A stretch of 64,000 nt of DNA from Eledone cirrhosa (lineage: Eukaryota): NCBI GenBank assembly GCA_964016885.1, contig OZ024743.1, positions 11,594,001 through 11,658,000 on the forward strand, in the 5' to 3' direction. A model generated the notes under the pieces. That model was not told the origin of the DNA. It ran no database searches and saw nothing but the letters and a program-made list of their open reading frames with translations. Position 1 is the first letter of the stretch; every line of letters begins with the position of its first letter. Of this stretch, positions 10,001-25,000 are shown one piece after another. The translations under genes and the position numbers were made by a program.

Positions 10001-13000
10001 CAATCAAAAGCACCCAGTTTACCCTGTCATATGGTCGTTTGGTGCCACAATAAAAAGCACTCAGTTTACCCTGTCATATGGTCGTTTGGTGCCACAATCA
10101 AAAGCACCCAGTTTACCCTGTCATATAGTCGTTTGGTGCCACAATAAAAAGCACCCAGTTCACCGTCATATAGTTGTTTGGTGTCACAATAAAAAGCACC
10201 CTGTTTACCCTGTCATATGGTCGTTTGGTGCCACAATAAAAAGCACCCAGTTTACCCTGTCATATGGTCGTTTGGTGTCACAATAAAAAGCACCCAGTTT
10301 ACCCTGTCATATGGTCGTTTGGTGCCACAATAAAAAGCACCCAGTTTAACCTGTCATATAGTCGTTTGGTGCCACAATAAAAAGCACCCAGTTTACCCTG
10401 TCATATAGTCGTTTGGTGCTACAATAAAAAGCACCCAGTTTACCCTGTCATGTGGTCGTTTGGTGCTACAATAAAAAGCACCCAGTTTACCCTGTCATAT
10501 AGTTGTTTGGTGCCACAATAAAAAGCACCCAGTTTACCCTGTCATATAGTCGTTTGGTGCCACAATAAAAAGCACCCAGTTTACCCTGTCATATAGTCGT
10601 TTGGTGCTATAATAAAAAGCACCCAGTTTACCCTGTCATATGGTCGTTTGGTGCTACAATAAAAAGCACCCAGTTTACCCTGTCATATAGTCGTTTGGTG
10701 CCACAATGAAAAGCACCCAGTTTACCCTGTCATATAGTCGTTTGGTGCTACAATAAAAAGCACCCAGTTTACCCTGTCATATAGTCGTTTGGTGCCACAA
10801 TAAAAAGCACCCAGTTTACCCTGTCATATAGTCGTTTGGTGCCACAATAAAAAGCACCCAGTTTACCCTGTCATATAGTCGTTTGGTGCCACAATAAAAA
10901 GCACCCAGTTTACCCTGTCATATAGTCGTTTGGTCCCACAATAAAAAGCACCCAGTTTACCCTGTCATATGGTCGTTTGGTGACACAATAAAAAGCACCC
11001 AGTTTACCCTGTCATATAGTCGTTTGGTACCACAATGAAAAAGCACCCAGTTTACCCTGTCATATAGTCGTTTGGTGCCACAATAAAAAGCACCCAGTTT
11101 ACCCTGTCATATGGTCGTTTGGTGTCACAATAAAAAGCACCCAGTTTACCCTGTCATATGGTCGTTTGGTGCCACAATAAAAAGCATCCAGTTTACCCTG
11201 TCATATAGTCGTTTGGTGCCACAATAAAAAGCACCCAGTTTACCCTGTCATATAGTCGTTTGGTGCCACAATAAAAAGCACCCAGTTTACCCTGTCATAT
11301 GATCGTTTGGTGACACAATAAAAAGCACCCAGTTTACCCTGTCATATAGTCGTATGGTGCCACAATAAAAAGCACCCAGTTTACCCTGTCATATGGTCGT
11401 TTGGTGCCACAATAAAAAGCACCCAGTTTACCCTGTCATATAGTCGTTTGGTGACACAATAAAAAGCACCCAGTTTACCCTGTCATATAGTCGTTTGGTG
11501 CCACAATAAAAAGCACCCAGTTTACCCTGTCATATAGTCGTTTGGTGTCACAATAAAAAGCGCCCAGTTTACCCTGTCATATAGTCGTTTGGTGCCACAA
11601 TAAAAAGCACCCAGTTTACCCTGTCATATGGTCGTTTGGTGACACAATAAAAAGCACCCAGTTTACCCTGTCATATAGTCGTTTGGTGACACAATAAAAA
11701 GCACCCAGTTTACCCTGTCATATAGTCGTTTGGTGCCACAATAAAAAGCACCCAGTTTACCCTGTCATATAGTAGTTTGGTGTCACAATAAAAAGCACCC
11801 AGTTTACCCTGTCATATAGTCGTTTGGTGCCACAATAAAAAGCACCCAGTTTACCCTGTCATATGGTCGTTTGGTGACACAATAAAAAGCACCCAGTTTA
11901 CCCTGTCATATAGTCGTTTGGTACCACAATGAAAAAGCACCCAGTTTACCCTGTCATATAGTCGTTTGGTGCCACAATAAAAAGCACCCAGTTTACCCTG
12001 TCATATGGTCGTTTGGTGTCACAATAAAAAGCACCCAGTTTACCCTGTCATATGGTCGTTTGGTGCCACAATAAAAAGCATCCAGTTTACCCTGTCATAT
12101 AGTCGTTTGGTGCCACAATAAAAAGCACCCAGTTTACCCTGTCATATAGTCGTTTGGTGCCACAATAAAAACCACCCAGTTTACCCTGTCATATGGTCGT
12201 TTGGTGACACAATAAAAAGCACCCAGTTTACCCTGTCATATAGTCGTATGGTGCCACAATAAAAAGCACCCAGTTTACCCTGTCATATGGTCGTTTGGTG
12301 CCACAATAAAAAGCACCCAGTTTACCCTGTCATATGGTCGTTTGGTGCCACAATAAAAAGCACCCAGTTTACCCTGTCATATAGTCGTTTGGTTCCACAA
12401 TAAAAAGCACCCAGTTTACCCTGTCATATAGTCGTTTGGTGCTACAATAAAAAGTACCCAGTTTACCCTGTCATATAGTCGTTTGGTGCTACAATAAAAA
12501 GCACCCAGTTTACCCTGTCATATAGTCGTTTGGTGCCACAATCAAAAGCACCCAGTTTACCCTGTCATATGGTCGTTTGGTGCCACAATAAAAAGCACTC
12601 AGTTTACCCTGTCATATGGTCGTTTGGTGCCACAATCAAAAGCACCCAGTTTACCCTGTCATATAGTCGTTTGGTGCCACAATAAAAAGTACCCAGTTTA
12701 CCCTGTCATATAGTCGTTTGGTGCCACAATAAAAAGCACCCAGTTCACCGTCATATAGTCGTTTGGTGTCACAATAAAAAGCACCCAGTTTACCTTGTCA
12801 TATGGTCGTTTGGTGCCACAATAAAAAGCACCCAGTTTATCCTGTCATATGTTCGTTTGGTGCCACAATCAAAAGCACCCAGTTTACCCTGTCATATGGT
12901 CGTTTGGTGCCACAATAAAAAGCACTCAGTTTACCCTGTCATATGGTCGTTTGGTGCCACAATCAAAAGCACCCAGTTTACCCTGTCATATAGTCGTTTG

Positions 13001-16000
13001 GTGCCACAATAAAAAGTACCCAGTTTACCCTGTCATATAGTCGTTTGGTGCCACAATAAAAAGCACCCAGTTCACCGTCATATAGTCGTTTGGTGTCACA
13101 ATAAAAAGCACCCAGTTTACCCTGTCATATGGTCGTTTGGTGCCACAATAAAAAGCACCCAGTTTACCCTGTCATATGGTCGTTTGGTGTCACAATAAAA
13201 AGCACCCAGTTTACCCTGTCATATGGTCGTTTGGTGCCACAATAAAAAGCACCCAGTTTAACCTGTCATATAGTCGTTTGGTGCCACAATAAAAAGCACC
13301 CAGTTTACCCTGTCATATAGTCGTTTTGTGCTACAATAAAAAGCACCCAGTTTACCCTGTCATATGGTCGTTTGGTGCTACAATAAAAAGCACCCAGTTT
13401 ACCCTGTCATATAGTCGTTTGGTGCCACAATAAAAAGCACCCAGTTTACCCTGTCATATAGTCGTTTGGTGCCACAATAAAAAGCACCCAGTTTACCCTG
13501 TCATATAGTCGTTTGGTGCTATAATAAAAAGCACCCAGTTTACCCTGTCATATGGTCGTTTGGTGCTACAATAAAAAGCACCCAGTTTACCCTGTCATAT
13601 AGTCGTTTGGTGCCACAATAAAAAGCACCCAGTTTAACCTGTCATATAGTCGTTTGGTGCTACAATAAAAAGCACCCAGTTTACCCTGTCATATAGTCGT
13701 TTGGTGCCACAATAAAAAGCACCCAGTTTACCCTGTCATATAGTCGTTTGGTGACACAATAAAAAGCACCCAGTTTACCCTGTCATATAGTCGTTTGGTG
13801 CCACAATAAAAAGCACCCAGTTTACCCTGTCATATAGTCGTTTGGTGCCACAATAAAAAGCACCCAGTTTACCCTGTCATATAGTCGTTTGGTGCCACAA
13901 TAAAAAGCACCCAGTTTACCCTGTCATATAGTCGTTTGGTGCCACAATAAAAAGCACCCAGTTTACCCTGTCATATGGTCGTTTGGTGACACAATAAAAA
14001 GCACCCAGTTTACCCTGTTATATAGTCGTTTGGTACCACAATGAAAAAGCACCCAGTTTACCCTGTCATATAGTCGTTTGGTGCTACAATAAAAAGCACC
14101 CAGTTTACCCTGTCATATGGTCGTTTGGTGCCACAATAAAAAGCACCCAGTTTACCCTGTCATATGGTCGTTTGGTGCCACAATAAAAAGCATCCAGTTT
14201 ACCCTGTCATATAGTCGTTTGGTGCCACAATAAAAAGCACCCAGTTTACCCTGTCATATAGTCGTTTGGTGCCACAATAAAAAGCACCCAGTTTACCCTG
14301 TCATATGGTCGTTTGGTGACACAATAAAAAGCACCCAGTTTACCCTGTCATATAGTCGTATGGTGCCACAATAAAAAGCACCCAGTTTACCCTGTCATAT
14401 GGTCGTTTGGTGCCACAATAAAAAGCACCCAGTTTACCCTGTCATATGGTCGTTTGGTGCCACAATAAAAAGCACCCAGTTTACCCTGTCATATAGTCGT
14501 TTGGTGCCACAATAAAAAGCACCCAGTTTACCCTGTCATATAGTCGTTTGGTGCTACAATAAAAAGTACCCAGTTTACCCTGTCATATAGTCGTTTGGTG
14601 CCACAATAAAAAGCACCCAGTTTACCCTGTCATATAGTCGTTTGGTGCTACAATAAAAAGCACCCAGTTTACCCTGTCATATAGTCGTTTGGTGCCACAA
14701 TCAAAAGCACCCAGTTTACCCTGTCATATGGTCGTTTGGTGCTACAATAAAAAGCACTCAGTTTACCCTGTCATATAGTCGTTTGGTGCCACAATCAAAA
14801 GCACCCAGTTTACCCTGTCATATGATCGTTTGGTGCTACAATAAAAAGTACCCAGTTTACCCTGTCATATGGTCGTTTGGTTCCACAATAAAAAGCACCC
14901 AGTTTACCCTGTCATATAGTCGTTTGGTGCTACAATAAAAAGCACCCAGTTTACCCTGTCATATGGTCGTTTGGTGCTACACTAAAAAGCACCCAGTTTA
15001 CCCTGTCATATAGTCGTTTGGTGCCACAATAAAAAGCACCCAGTTTACCCTGTCATATAGTCGTTTGGTGCCACAATAAAAAGCACCCAGTTTACCCTGT
15101 CATATGGTCGTTTGGTGCTACAATAAAAAGCACCCAGTTTACCCTGTCATATAGTCGTTTAGTGTCACAATAAAAAGCACCCATTTTACCCTGTCATATG
15201 GTCGTTTGGTGCCACAATAAAAAGCACCCAGTTTATCCTGTCATATGGTCGTTTGGTGCCACAATCAAAAGCACCCAGTTTACCCTGTCATATGGTCGTT
15301 TGGTGCCACAATAAAAAGCACTCAGTTTACCCTGTCATATGGTCGTTTGGTGCCACAATCAAAAGCACCCAGTTTACCCTGTCATATAGTCGTTTGGTGC
15401 CACAATAAAAAGCACCCAGTTTACCCTGTCATATAGTCGTTTGGTGCCACAATAAAAAGCACCCAGTTTACCCTGTCATATAGTCGTTTGGTGCTACAAT
15501 AAAAAGTACCCAGTTTACCCTGTCATATAGTCGTTTGGTGCTACAATAAAAAGCACCCAGTTTACCCTGTCATATAGTCGTTTGGTGCCACAATCAAAAG
15601 CACCCAGTTTACCCTGTCATATGGTCGTTTGGTGCCACAATAAAAAGCACTCAGTTTACCCTGTCATATGGTCGTTTGGTGCCACAATCAAAAGCACCCA
15701 GTTTACCCTGTCATATAGTCGTTTGGTGCCACAATAAAAAGCACCCAGTTCACCGTCATATAGTTGTTTGGTGTCACAATAAAAAGCACCCTGTTTACCC
15801 TGTCATATGGTCGTTTGGTGCCACAATAAAAAGCACCCAGTTTACCCTGTCATATGGTCGTTTGGTGTCACAATAAAAAGCACCCAGTTTACCCTGTCAT
15901 ATGGTCGTTTGGTGCCACAATAAAAAGCACCCAGTTTAACCTGTCATATAGTCGTTTGGTGCCACAATAAAAAGCACCCAGTTTACCCTGTCATATAGTC

Positions 16001-19000
16001 GTTTGGTGCTACAATAAAAAGCACCCAGTTTACCCTGTCATGTGGTCGTTTGGTGCTACAATAAAAAGCACCCAGTTTACCCTGTCATATAGTTGTTTGG
16101 TGCCACAATAAAAAGCACCCAGTTTACCCTGTCATATAGTCGTTTGGTGCCACAATAAAAAGCACCCAGTTTACCCTGTCATATAGTCGTTTGGTGCTAT
16201 AATAAAAAGCACCCAGTTTACCCTGTCATATGGTCGTTTGGTGCTACAATAAAAAGCACCCAGTTTACCCTGTCATATAGTCGTTTGGTGCCACAATGAA
16301 AAGCACCCAGTTTACCCTGTCATATAGTCGTTTGGTGCTACAATAAAAAGCACCCAGTTTACCCTGTCATATAGTCGTTTGGTGCCACAATAAAAAGCAC
16401 CCAGTTTACCCTGTCATATAGTCGTTTGGTGCCACAATAAAAAGCACCCAGTTTACCCTGTCATATAGTCGTTTGGTGCCACAATAAAAAGCACCCAGTT
16501 TACCCTGTCATATAGTCGTTTGGTCCCACAATAAAAAGCACCCAGTTTACCCTGTCATATGGTCGTTTGGTGACACAATAAAAAGCACCCAGTTTACCCT
16601 GTCATATAGTCGTTTGGTACCACAATGAAAAAGCACCCAGTTTACCCTGTCATATAGTCGTTTGGTGCCACAATAAAAAGCACCCAGTTTACCCTGTCAT
16701 ATGGTCGTTTGGTGTCACAATAAAAAGCACCCAGTTTACCCTGTCATATGGTCGTTTGGTGCCACAATAAAAAGCATCCAGTTTACCCTGTCATATAGTC
16801 GTTTGGTGCCACAATAAAAAGCACCCAGTTTACCCTGTCATATAGTCGTTTGGTGCCACAATAAAAAGCACCCAGTTTACCCTGTCATATGATCGTTTGG
16901 TGACACAATAAAAAGCACCCAGTTTACCCTGTCATATAGTCGTATGGTGCCACAATAAAAAGCACCCAGTTTACCCTGTCATATGGTCGTTTGGTGCCAC
17001 AATAAAAAGCACCCAGTTTACCCTGTCATATAGTCGTTTGGTGACACAATAAAAAGCACCCAGTTTACCCTGTCATATAGTCGTTTGGTGCCACAATAAA
17101 AAGCACCCAGTTTACCCTGTCATATAGTCGTTTGGTGTCACAATAAAAAGCGCCCAGTTTACCCTGTCATATAGTCGTTTGGTGCCACAATAAAAAGCAC
17201 CCAGTTTACCCTGTCATATGGTCGTTTGGTGACACAATAAAAAGCACCCAGTTTACCCTGTCATATAGTCGTTTGGTGACACAATAAAAAGCACCCAGTT
17301 TACCCTGTCATATAGTCGTTTGGTGCCACAATAAAAAGCACCCAGTTTACCCTGTCATATAGTAGTTTGGTGTCACAATAAAAAGCACCCAGTTTACCCT
17401 GTCATATAGTCGTTTGGTGCCACAATAAAAAGCACCCAGTTTACCCTGTCATATGGTCGTTTGGTGACACAATAAAAAGCACCCAGTTTACCCTGTCATA
17501 TAGTCGTTTGGTACCACAATGAAAAAGCACCCAGTTTACCCTGTCATATAGTCGTTTGGTGCCACAATAAAAAGCACCCAGTTTACCCTGTCATATGGTC
17601 GTTTGGTGTCACAATAAAAAGCACCCAGTTTACCCTGTCATATGGTCGTTTGGTGCCACAATAAAAAGCATCCAGTTTACCCTGTCATATAGTCGTTTGG
17701 TGCCACAATAAAAAGCACCCAGTTTACCCTGTCATATAGTCGTTTGGTGCCACAATAAAAACCACCCAGTTTACCCTGTCATATGGTCGTTTGGTGACAC
17801 AATAAAAAGCACCCAGTTTACCCTGTCATATAGTCGTATGGTGCCACAATAAAAAGCACCCAGTTTACCCTGTCATATGGTCGTTTGGTGCCACAATAAA
17901 AAGCACCCAGTTTACCCTGTCATATGGTCGTTTGGTGCCACAATAAAAAGCACCCAGTTTACCCTGTCATATAGTCGTTTGGTTCCACAATAAAAAGCAC
18001 CCAGTTTACCCTGTCATATAGTCGTTTGGTGCTACAATAAAAAGTACCCAGTTTACCCTGTCATATAGTCGTTTGGTGCTACAATAAAAAGCACCCAGTT
18101 TACCCTGTCATATAGTCGTTTGGTGCCACAATCAAAAGCACCCAGTTTACCCTGTCATATGGTCGTTTGGTGCCACAATAAAAAGCACTCAGTTTACCCT
18201 GTCATATGGTCGTTTGGTGCCACAATCAAAAGCACCCAGTTTACCCTGTCATATAGTCGTTTGGTGCCACAATAAAAAGTACCCAGTTTACCCTGTCATA
18301 TAGTCGTTTGGTGCCACAATAAAAAGCACCCAGTTCACCGTCATATAGTCGTTTGGTGTCACAATAAAAAGCACCCAGTTTACCTTGTCATATGGTCGTT
18401 TGGTGCCACAATAAAAAGCACCCAGTTTATCCTGTCATATGTTCGTTTGGTGCCACAATCAAAAGCACCCAGTTTACCCTGTCATATGGTCGTTTGGTGC
18501 CACAATAAAAAGCACTCAGTTTACCCTGTCATATGGTCGTTTGGTGCCACAATCAAAAGCACCCAGTTTACCCTGTCATATAGTCGTTTGGTGCCACAAT
18601 AAAAAGTACCCAGTTTACCCTGTCATATAGTCGTTTGGTGCCACAATAAAAAGCACCCAGTTCACCGTCATATAGTCGTTTGGTGTCACAATAAAAAGCA
18701 CCCAGTTTACCCTGTCATATGGTCGTTTGGTGCCACAATAAAAAGCACCCAGTTTACCCTGTCATATGGTCGTTTGGTGTCACAATAAAAAGCACCCAGT
18801 TTACCCTGTCATATGGTCGTTTGGTGCCACAATAAAAAGCACCCAGTTTAACCTGTCATATAGTCGTTTGGTGCCACAATAAAAAGCACCCAGTTTACCC
18901 TGTCATATAGTCGTTTTGTGCTACAATAAAAAGCACCCAGTTTACCCTGTCATATGGTCGTTTGGTGCTACAATAAAAAGCACCCAGTTTACCCTGTCAT

Positions 19001-22000
19001 ATAGTCGTTTGGTGCCACAATAAAAAGCACCCAGTTTACCCTGTCATATAGTCGTTTGGTGCCACAATAAAAAGCACCCAGTTTACCCTGTCATATAGTC
19101 GTTTGGTGCTATAATAAAAAGCACCCAGTTTACCCTGTCATATGGTCGTTTGGTGCTACAATAAAAAGCACCCAGTTTACCCTGTCATATAGTCGTTTGG
19201 TGCCACAATAAAAAGCACCCAGTTTAACCTGTCATATAGTCGTTTGGTGCTACAATAAAAAGCACCCAGTTTACCCTGTCATATAGTCGTTTGGTGCCAC
19301 AATAAAAAGCACCCAGTTTACCCTGTCATATAGTCGTTTGGTGACACAATAAAAAGCACCCAGTTTACCCTGTCATATAGTCGTTTGGTGCCACAATAAA
19401 AAGCACCCAGTTTACCCTGTCATATAGTCGTTTGGTGCCACAATAAAAAGCACCCAGTTTACCCTGTCATATAGTCGTTTGGTGCCACAATAAAAAGCAC
19501 CCAGTTTACCCTGTCATATAGTCGTTTGGTGCCACAATAAAAAGCACCCAGTTTACCCTGTCATATGGTCGTTTGGTGACACAATAAAAAGCACCCAGTT
19601 TACCCTGTTATATAGTCGTTTGGTACCACAATGAAAAAGCACCCAGATTACCCTGTCATATAGTCGTTTGGTGCTACAATAAAAAGCACCCAGTTTACCC
19701 TGTCATATGGTCGTTTGGTGCCACAATAAAAAGCACCCAGTTTACCCTGTCATATGGTCGTTTGGTGCCACAATAAAAAGCATCCAGTTTACCCTGTCAT
19801 ATAGTCGTTTGGTGCCACAATAAAAAGCACCCAGTTTACCCTGTCATATAGTCGTTTGGTGCCACAATAAAAAGCACCCAGTTTACCCTGTCATATGGTC
19901 GTTTGGTGACACAATAAAAAGCACCCAGTTTACCCTGTCATATAGTCGTATGGTGCCACAATAAAAAGCACCCAGTTTACCCTGTCATATGGTCGTTTGG
20001 TGCCACAATAAAAAGCACCCAGTTTACCCTGTCATATGGTCGTTTGGTGCCACAATAAAAAGCACCCAGTTTACCCTGTCATATAGTCGTTTGGTGCCAC
20101 AATAAAAAGCACCCAGTTTACCCTGTCATATAGTCGTTTGGTGCTACAATAAAAAGTACCCAGTTTACCCTGTCATATAGTCGTTTGGTGCCACAATAAA
20201 AAGCACCCAGTTTACCCTGTCATATAGTCGTTTGGTGCTACAATAAAAAGCACCCAGTTTACCCTGTCATATAGTCGTTTGGTGCCACAATCAAAAGCAC
20301 CCAGTTTACCCTGTCATATGGTCGTTTGGTGCTACAATAAAAAGCACTCAGTTTACCCTGTCATATAGTCGTTTGGTGCCACAATCAAAAGCACCCAGTT
20401 TACCCTGTCATATGATCGTTTGGTGCTACAATAAAAAGTACCCAGTTTACCCTGTCATATGGTCGTTTGGTTCCACAATAAAAAGCACCCAGTTTACCCT
20501 GTCATATAGTCGTTTGGTGCTACAATAAAAAGCACCCAGTTTACCCTGTCATATGGTCGTTTGGTGCTACACTAAAAAGCACCCAGTTTACCCTGTCATA
20601 TAGTCGTTTGGTGCCACAATAAAAAGCACCCAGTTTACCCTGTCATATAGTCGTTTGGTGCCACAATAAAAAGCACCCAGTTTACCCTGTCATATGGTCG
20701 TTTGGTGCTACAATAAAAAGCACCCAGTTTACCCTGTCATATAGTCGTTTAGTGTCACAATAAAAAGCACCCATTTTACCCTGTCATATGGTCGTTTGGT
20801 GCCACAATAAAAAGCACCCAGTTTATCCTGTCATATGGTCGTTTGGTGCCACAATCAAAAGCACCCAGTTTACCCTGTCATATGGTCGTTTGGTGCCACA
20901 ATAAAAAGCACTCAGTTTACCCTGTCATATGGTCGTTTGGTGCCACAATCAAAAGCACCCAGTTTACCCTGTCATATAGTCGTTTGGTGCCACAATAAAA
21001 AGTACCCAGTTTACCCTGTCATATAGTCGTTTGGTGCCACAATAAAAAGCACCCAGTTCACCGTCATATAGTTGTTTGGTGTCACAATAAAAAGCACCCT
21101 GTTTACCCTGTCATATGGTCGTTTGGTGCCACAATAAAAAGCACCCAGTTTACCCTGTCATATGGTCGTTTGGTGTCACAATAAAAAGCACCCAGTTTAC
21201 CCTGTCATATGGTCGTTTGGTGCCACAATAAAAAGCACCCAGTTTAACCTGTCATATAGTCGTTTGGTGCCACAATAAAAAGCACCCAGTTTACCCTGTC
21301 ATATAGTCGTTTGGTGCTACAATAAAAAGCACCCAGTTTACCCTGTCATATGGTCGTTTGGTGCTACAATAAAAAGCACCCAGTTTACCCTGTCATATAG
21401 TTGTTTGGTGCCACAATAAAAAGCACCCAGTTTACCCTGTCATATAGTCGTTTGGTGCCACAATAAAAAGCACCCAGTTTACCCTGTCATATAGTCGTTT
21501 GGTGCTATAATAAAAAGCACCCAGTTTACCCTGTCATATGGTCGTTTGGTGCTACAATAAAAAGCACCCAGTTTACCCTGTCATATAGTCGTTTGGTGCC
21601 ACAATAAAAAGCACCCAGTTTACCCTGTCATATAGTCGTTTGGTGCTACAATAAAAAGCACCCAGTTTACCCTGTCATATAGTCGTTTGGTGCCACAATA
21701 AAAAGCACCCAGTTTACCCTGTCATATAGTCGTTTGGTGACACAATAAAAAGCACCCAGTTTACCCTGTCATATAGTCGTTTGGTGCCACAATAAAAAGC
21801 ACCCAGTTTACCCTGTCATATAGTCGTTTGGTGCCACAATAAAAAGCACCCAGTTTACCCTGTCATATAGTCGTTTGGTGCTATAATAAAAAGCACCCAG
21901 TTTACCCTGTCATATGGTCGTTTGGTGCTACAATAAAAAGCACCCAGTTTACCCTGTCATATAGTCGTTTGGTGCCACAATAAAAAGCACCCAGTTTAAC

Positions 22001-25000
22001 CTGTCATATAGTCGTTTGGTGCTACAATAAAAAGCACCCAGTTTACCCTGTCATATAGTCGTTTGGTGCCACAATAAAAAGCACCCAGTTTACCCTGTCA
22101 TATAGTCGTTTGGTGACACAATAAAAAGCACCCAGTTTACCCTGTCATATAGTCGTTTGGTGCCACAATAAAAAGCACCCAGTTTACCCTGTCATATAGT
22201 CGTTTGGTGCCACAATAAAAAGCACCCAGTTTACCCTGTCATATAGTCGTTTGGTGCCACAATAAAAAGCACCCAGTTTACCCTGTCATATAGTCGTTTG
22301 GTGCCACAATAAAAAGCACCCAGTTTACCCTGTCATATGGTCGTTTGGTGACACAATAAAAAGCACCCAGTTTACCCTGTTATATAGTCGTTTGGTACCA
22401 CAATGAAAAAGCACCCAGTTTACCCTGTCATATAGTCGTTTGGTGCTACAATAAAAAGCACCCAGTTTACCCTGTCATATGGTCGTTTGGTGCCACAATA
22501 AAAAGCACCCAGTTTACCCTGTCATATGGTCGTTTGGTGCCACAATAAAAAGCATCCAGTTTACCCTGTCATATAGTCGTTTGGTGCCACAATAAAAAGC
22601 ACCCAGTTTACCCTGTCATATAGTCGTTTGGTGCCACAATAAAAAGCACCCAGTTTACCCTGTCATATGGTCGTTTGGTGACACAATAAAAAGCACCCAG
22701 TTTACCCTGTCATATAGTCGTATGGTGCCACAATAAAAAGCACCCAGTTTACCCTGTCATATGGTCGTTTGGTGCCACAATAAAAAGCACCCAGTTTACC
22801 CTGTCATATGGTCGTTTGGTGCCACAATAAAAAGCACCCAGTTTACCCTGTCATATAGTCGTTTGGTGCCACAATAAAAAGCACCCAGTTTACCCTGTCA
22901 TATAGTCGTTTGGTGCTACAATAAAAAGTACCCAGTTTACCCTGTCATATAGTCGTTTGGTGCCACAATAAAAAGCACCCAGTTTACCCTGTCATATAGT
23001 CGTTTGGTGCTACAATAAAAAGCACCCAGTTTACCCTGTCATATAGTCGTTTGGTGCCACAATCAAAAGAACCCAGTTTACCCTGTCATATGGTCGTTTG
23101 GTGCTACAATAAAAAGCACTCAGTTTACCCTGTCATATAGTCGTTTGGTGCCACAATCAAAAGCACCCAGTTTACCCTGTCATATGATCGTTTGGTGCTA
23201 CAATAAAAAGTACCCAGTTTACCCTGTCATATGGTCGTTTGGTTCCACAATAAAAAGCACCCAGTTTACCCTGTCATATAGTCGTTTGGTGCTACAATAA
23301 AAAGCACCCAGTTTACCCTGTCATATGGTCGTTTGGTGCTACACTAAAAAGCACCCAGTTTACCCTGTCATATAGTCGTTTGGTGCCACAATAAAAAGCA
23401 CCCAGTTTACCCTGTCATATAGTCGTTTGGTGCCACAATAAAAAGCACCCAGTTTACCCTGTCATATGGTCGTTTGGTGCTACAATAAAAAGCACCCAGT
23501 TTACCCTGTCATATAGTCGTTTAGTGTCACAATAAAAAGCACCCATTTTACCCTGTCATATGGTCGTTTGGTGCCACAATAAAAAGCACCCAGTTTATCC
23601 TGTCATATGGTCGTTTGGTGCCACAATCAAAAGCACCCAGTTTACCCTGTCATATGGTCGTTTGGTGCCACAATAAAAAGCACTCAGTTTACCCTGTCAT
23701 ATGGTCGTTTGGTGCCACAATCAAAAGCACCCAGTTTACCCTGTCATATAGTCGTTTGGTGCCACAATAAAAAGTACCCAGTTTACCCTGTCATATAGTC
23801 GTTTGGTGCCACAATAAAAAGCACCCAGTTCACCGTCATATAGTTGTTTGGTGTCACAATAAAAAGCACCCTGTTTACCCTGTCATATGGTCGTTTGGTG
23901 CCACAATAAAAAGCACCCAGTTTACCCTGTCATATGGTCGTTTGGTGTCACAATAAAAAGCACCCAGTTTACCCTGTCATATGGTCGTTTGGTGCCACAA
24001 TAAAAAGCACCCAGTTTAACCTGTCATATAGTCGTTTGGTGCCACAATAAAAAGCACCCAGTTTACCCTGTCATATAGTCGTTTGGTGCTACAATAAAAA
24101 GCACCCAGTTTACCCTGTCATATGGTCGTTTGGTGCTACAATAAAAAGCACCCAGTTTACCCTGTCATATAGTTGTTTGGTGCCACAATAAAAAGCACCC
24201 AGTTTACCCTGTCATATAGTCGTTTGGTGCCACAATAAAAAGCACCCAGTTTACCCTGTCATATAGTCGTTTGGTGCTATAATAAAAAGCACCCAGTTTA
24301 CCCTGTCATATGGTCGTTTGGTGCTACAATAAAAAGCACCCAGTTTACCCTGTCATATAGTCGTTTGGTGCCACAATAAAAAGCACCCAGTTTACCCTGT
24401 CATATAGTCGTTTGGTGCTACAATAAAAAGCACCCAGTTTACCCTGTCATATAGTCGTTTGGTGCCACAATAAAAAGCACCCAGTTTACCCTGTCATATA
24501 GTCGTTTGGTGACACAATAAAAAGCACCCAGTTTACCCTGTCATATAGTCGTTTGGTGCCACAATAAAAAGCACCCAGTTTACCCTGTCATATAGTCGTT
24601 TGGTGCCACAATAAAAAGCACCCAGTTTACCCTGTCATATAGTCGTTTGGTGCCACAATAAAAAGCACCCAGTTTACCCTGTCATATAGTCGTTTGGTGC
24701 CACAATAAAAAGCACCCAGTTTACCCTGTCATATGGTCGTTTGGTGACACAATAAAAAGCACCCAGTTTACCCTGTCATATAGTCGTTTGGTACCACAAT
24801 GAAAAAGCACCCAGTTTACCCTGTCATATAGTCGTTTGGTGCCACAATAAAAAGCACCCAGTTTACCCTGTCATATAGTCGTTTGGTGACACAATAAAAA
24901 GCACCCAGTTTACCCTGTCATATAGTCGTTTGGTGCCACAATAAAAAGCACCCAGTTTACCCTGTCATATAGTCGTTTGGATTCACAATAAAAAGCACCC

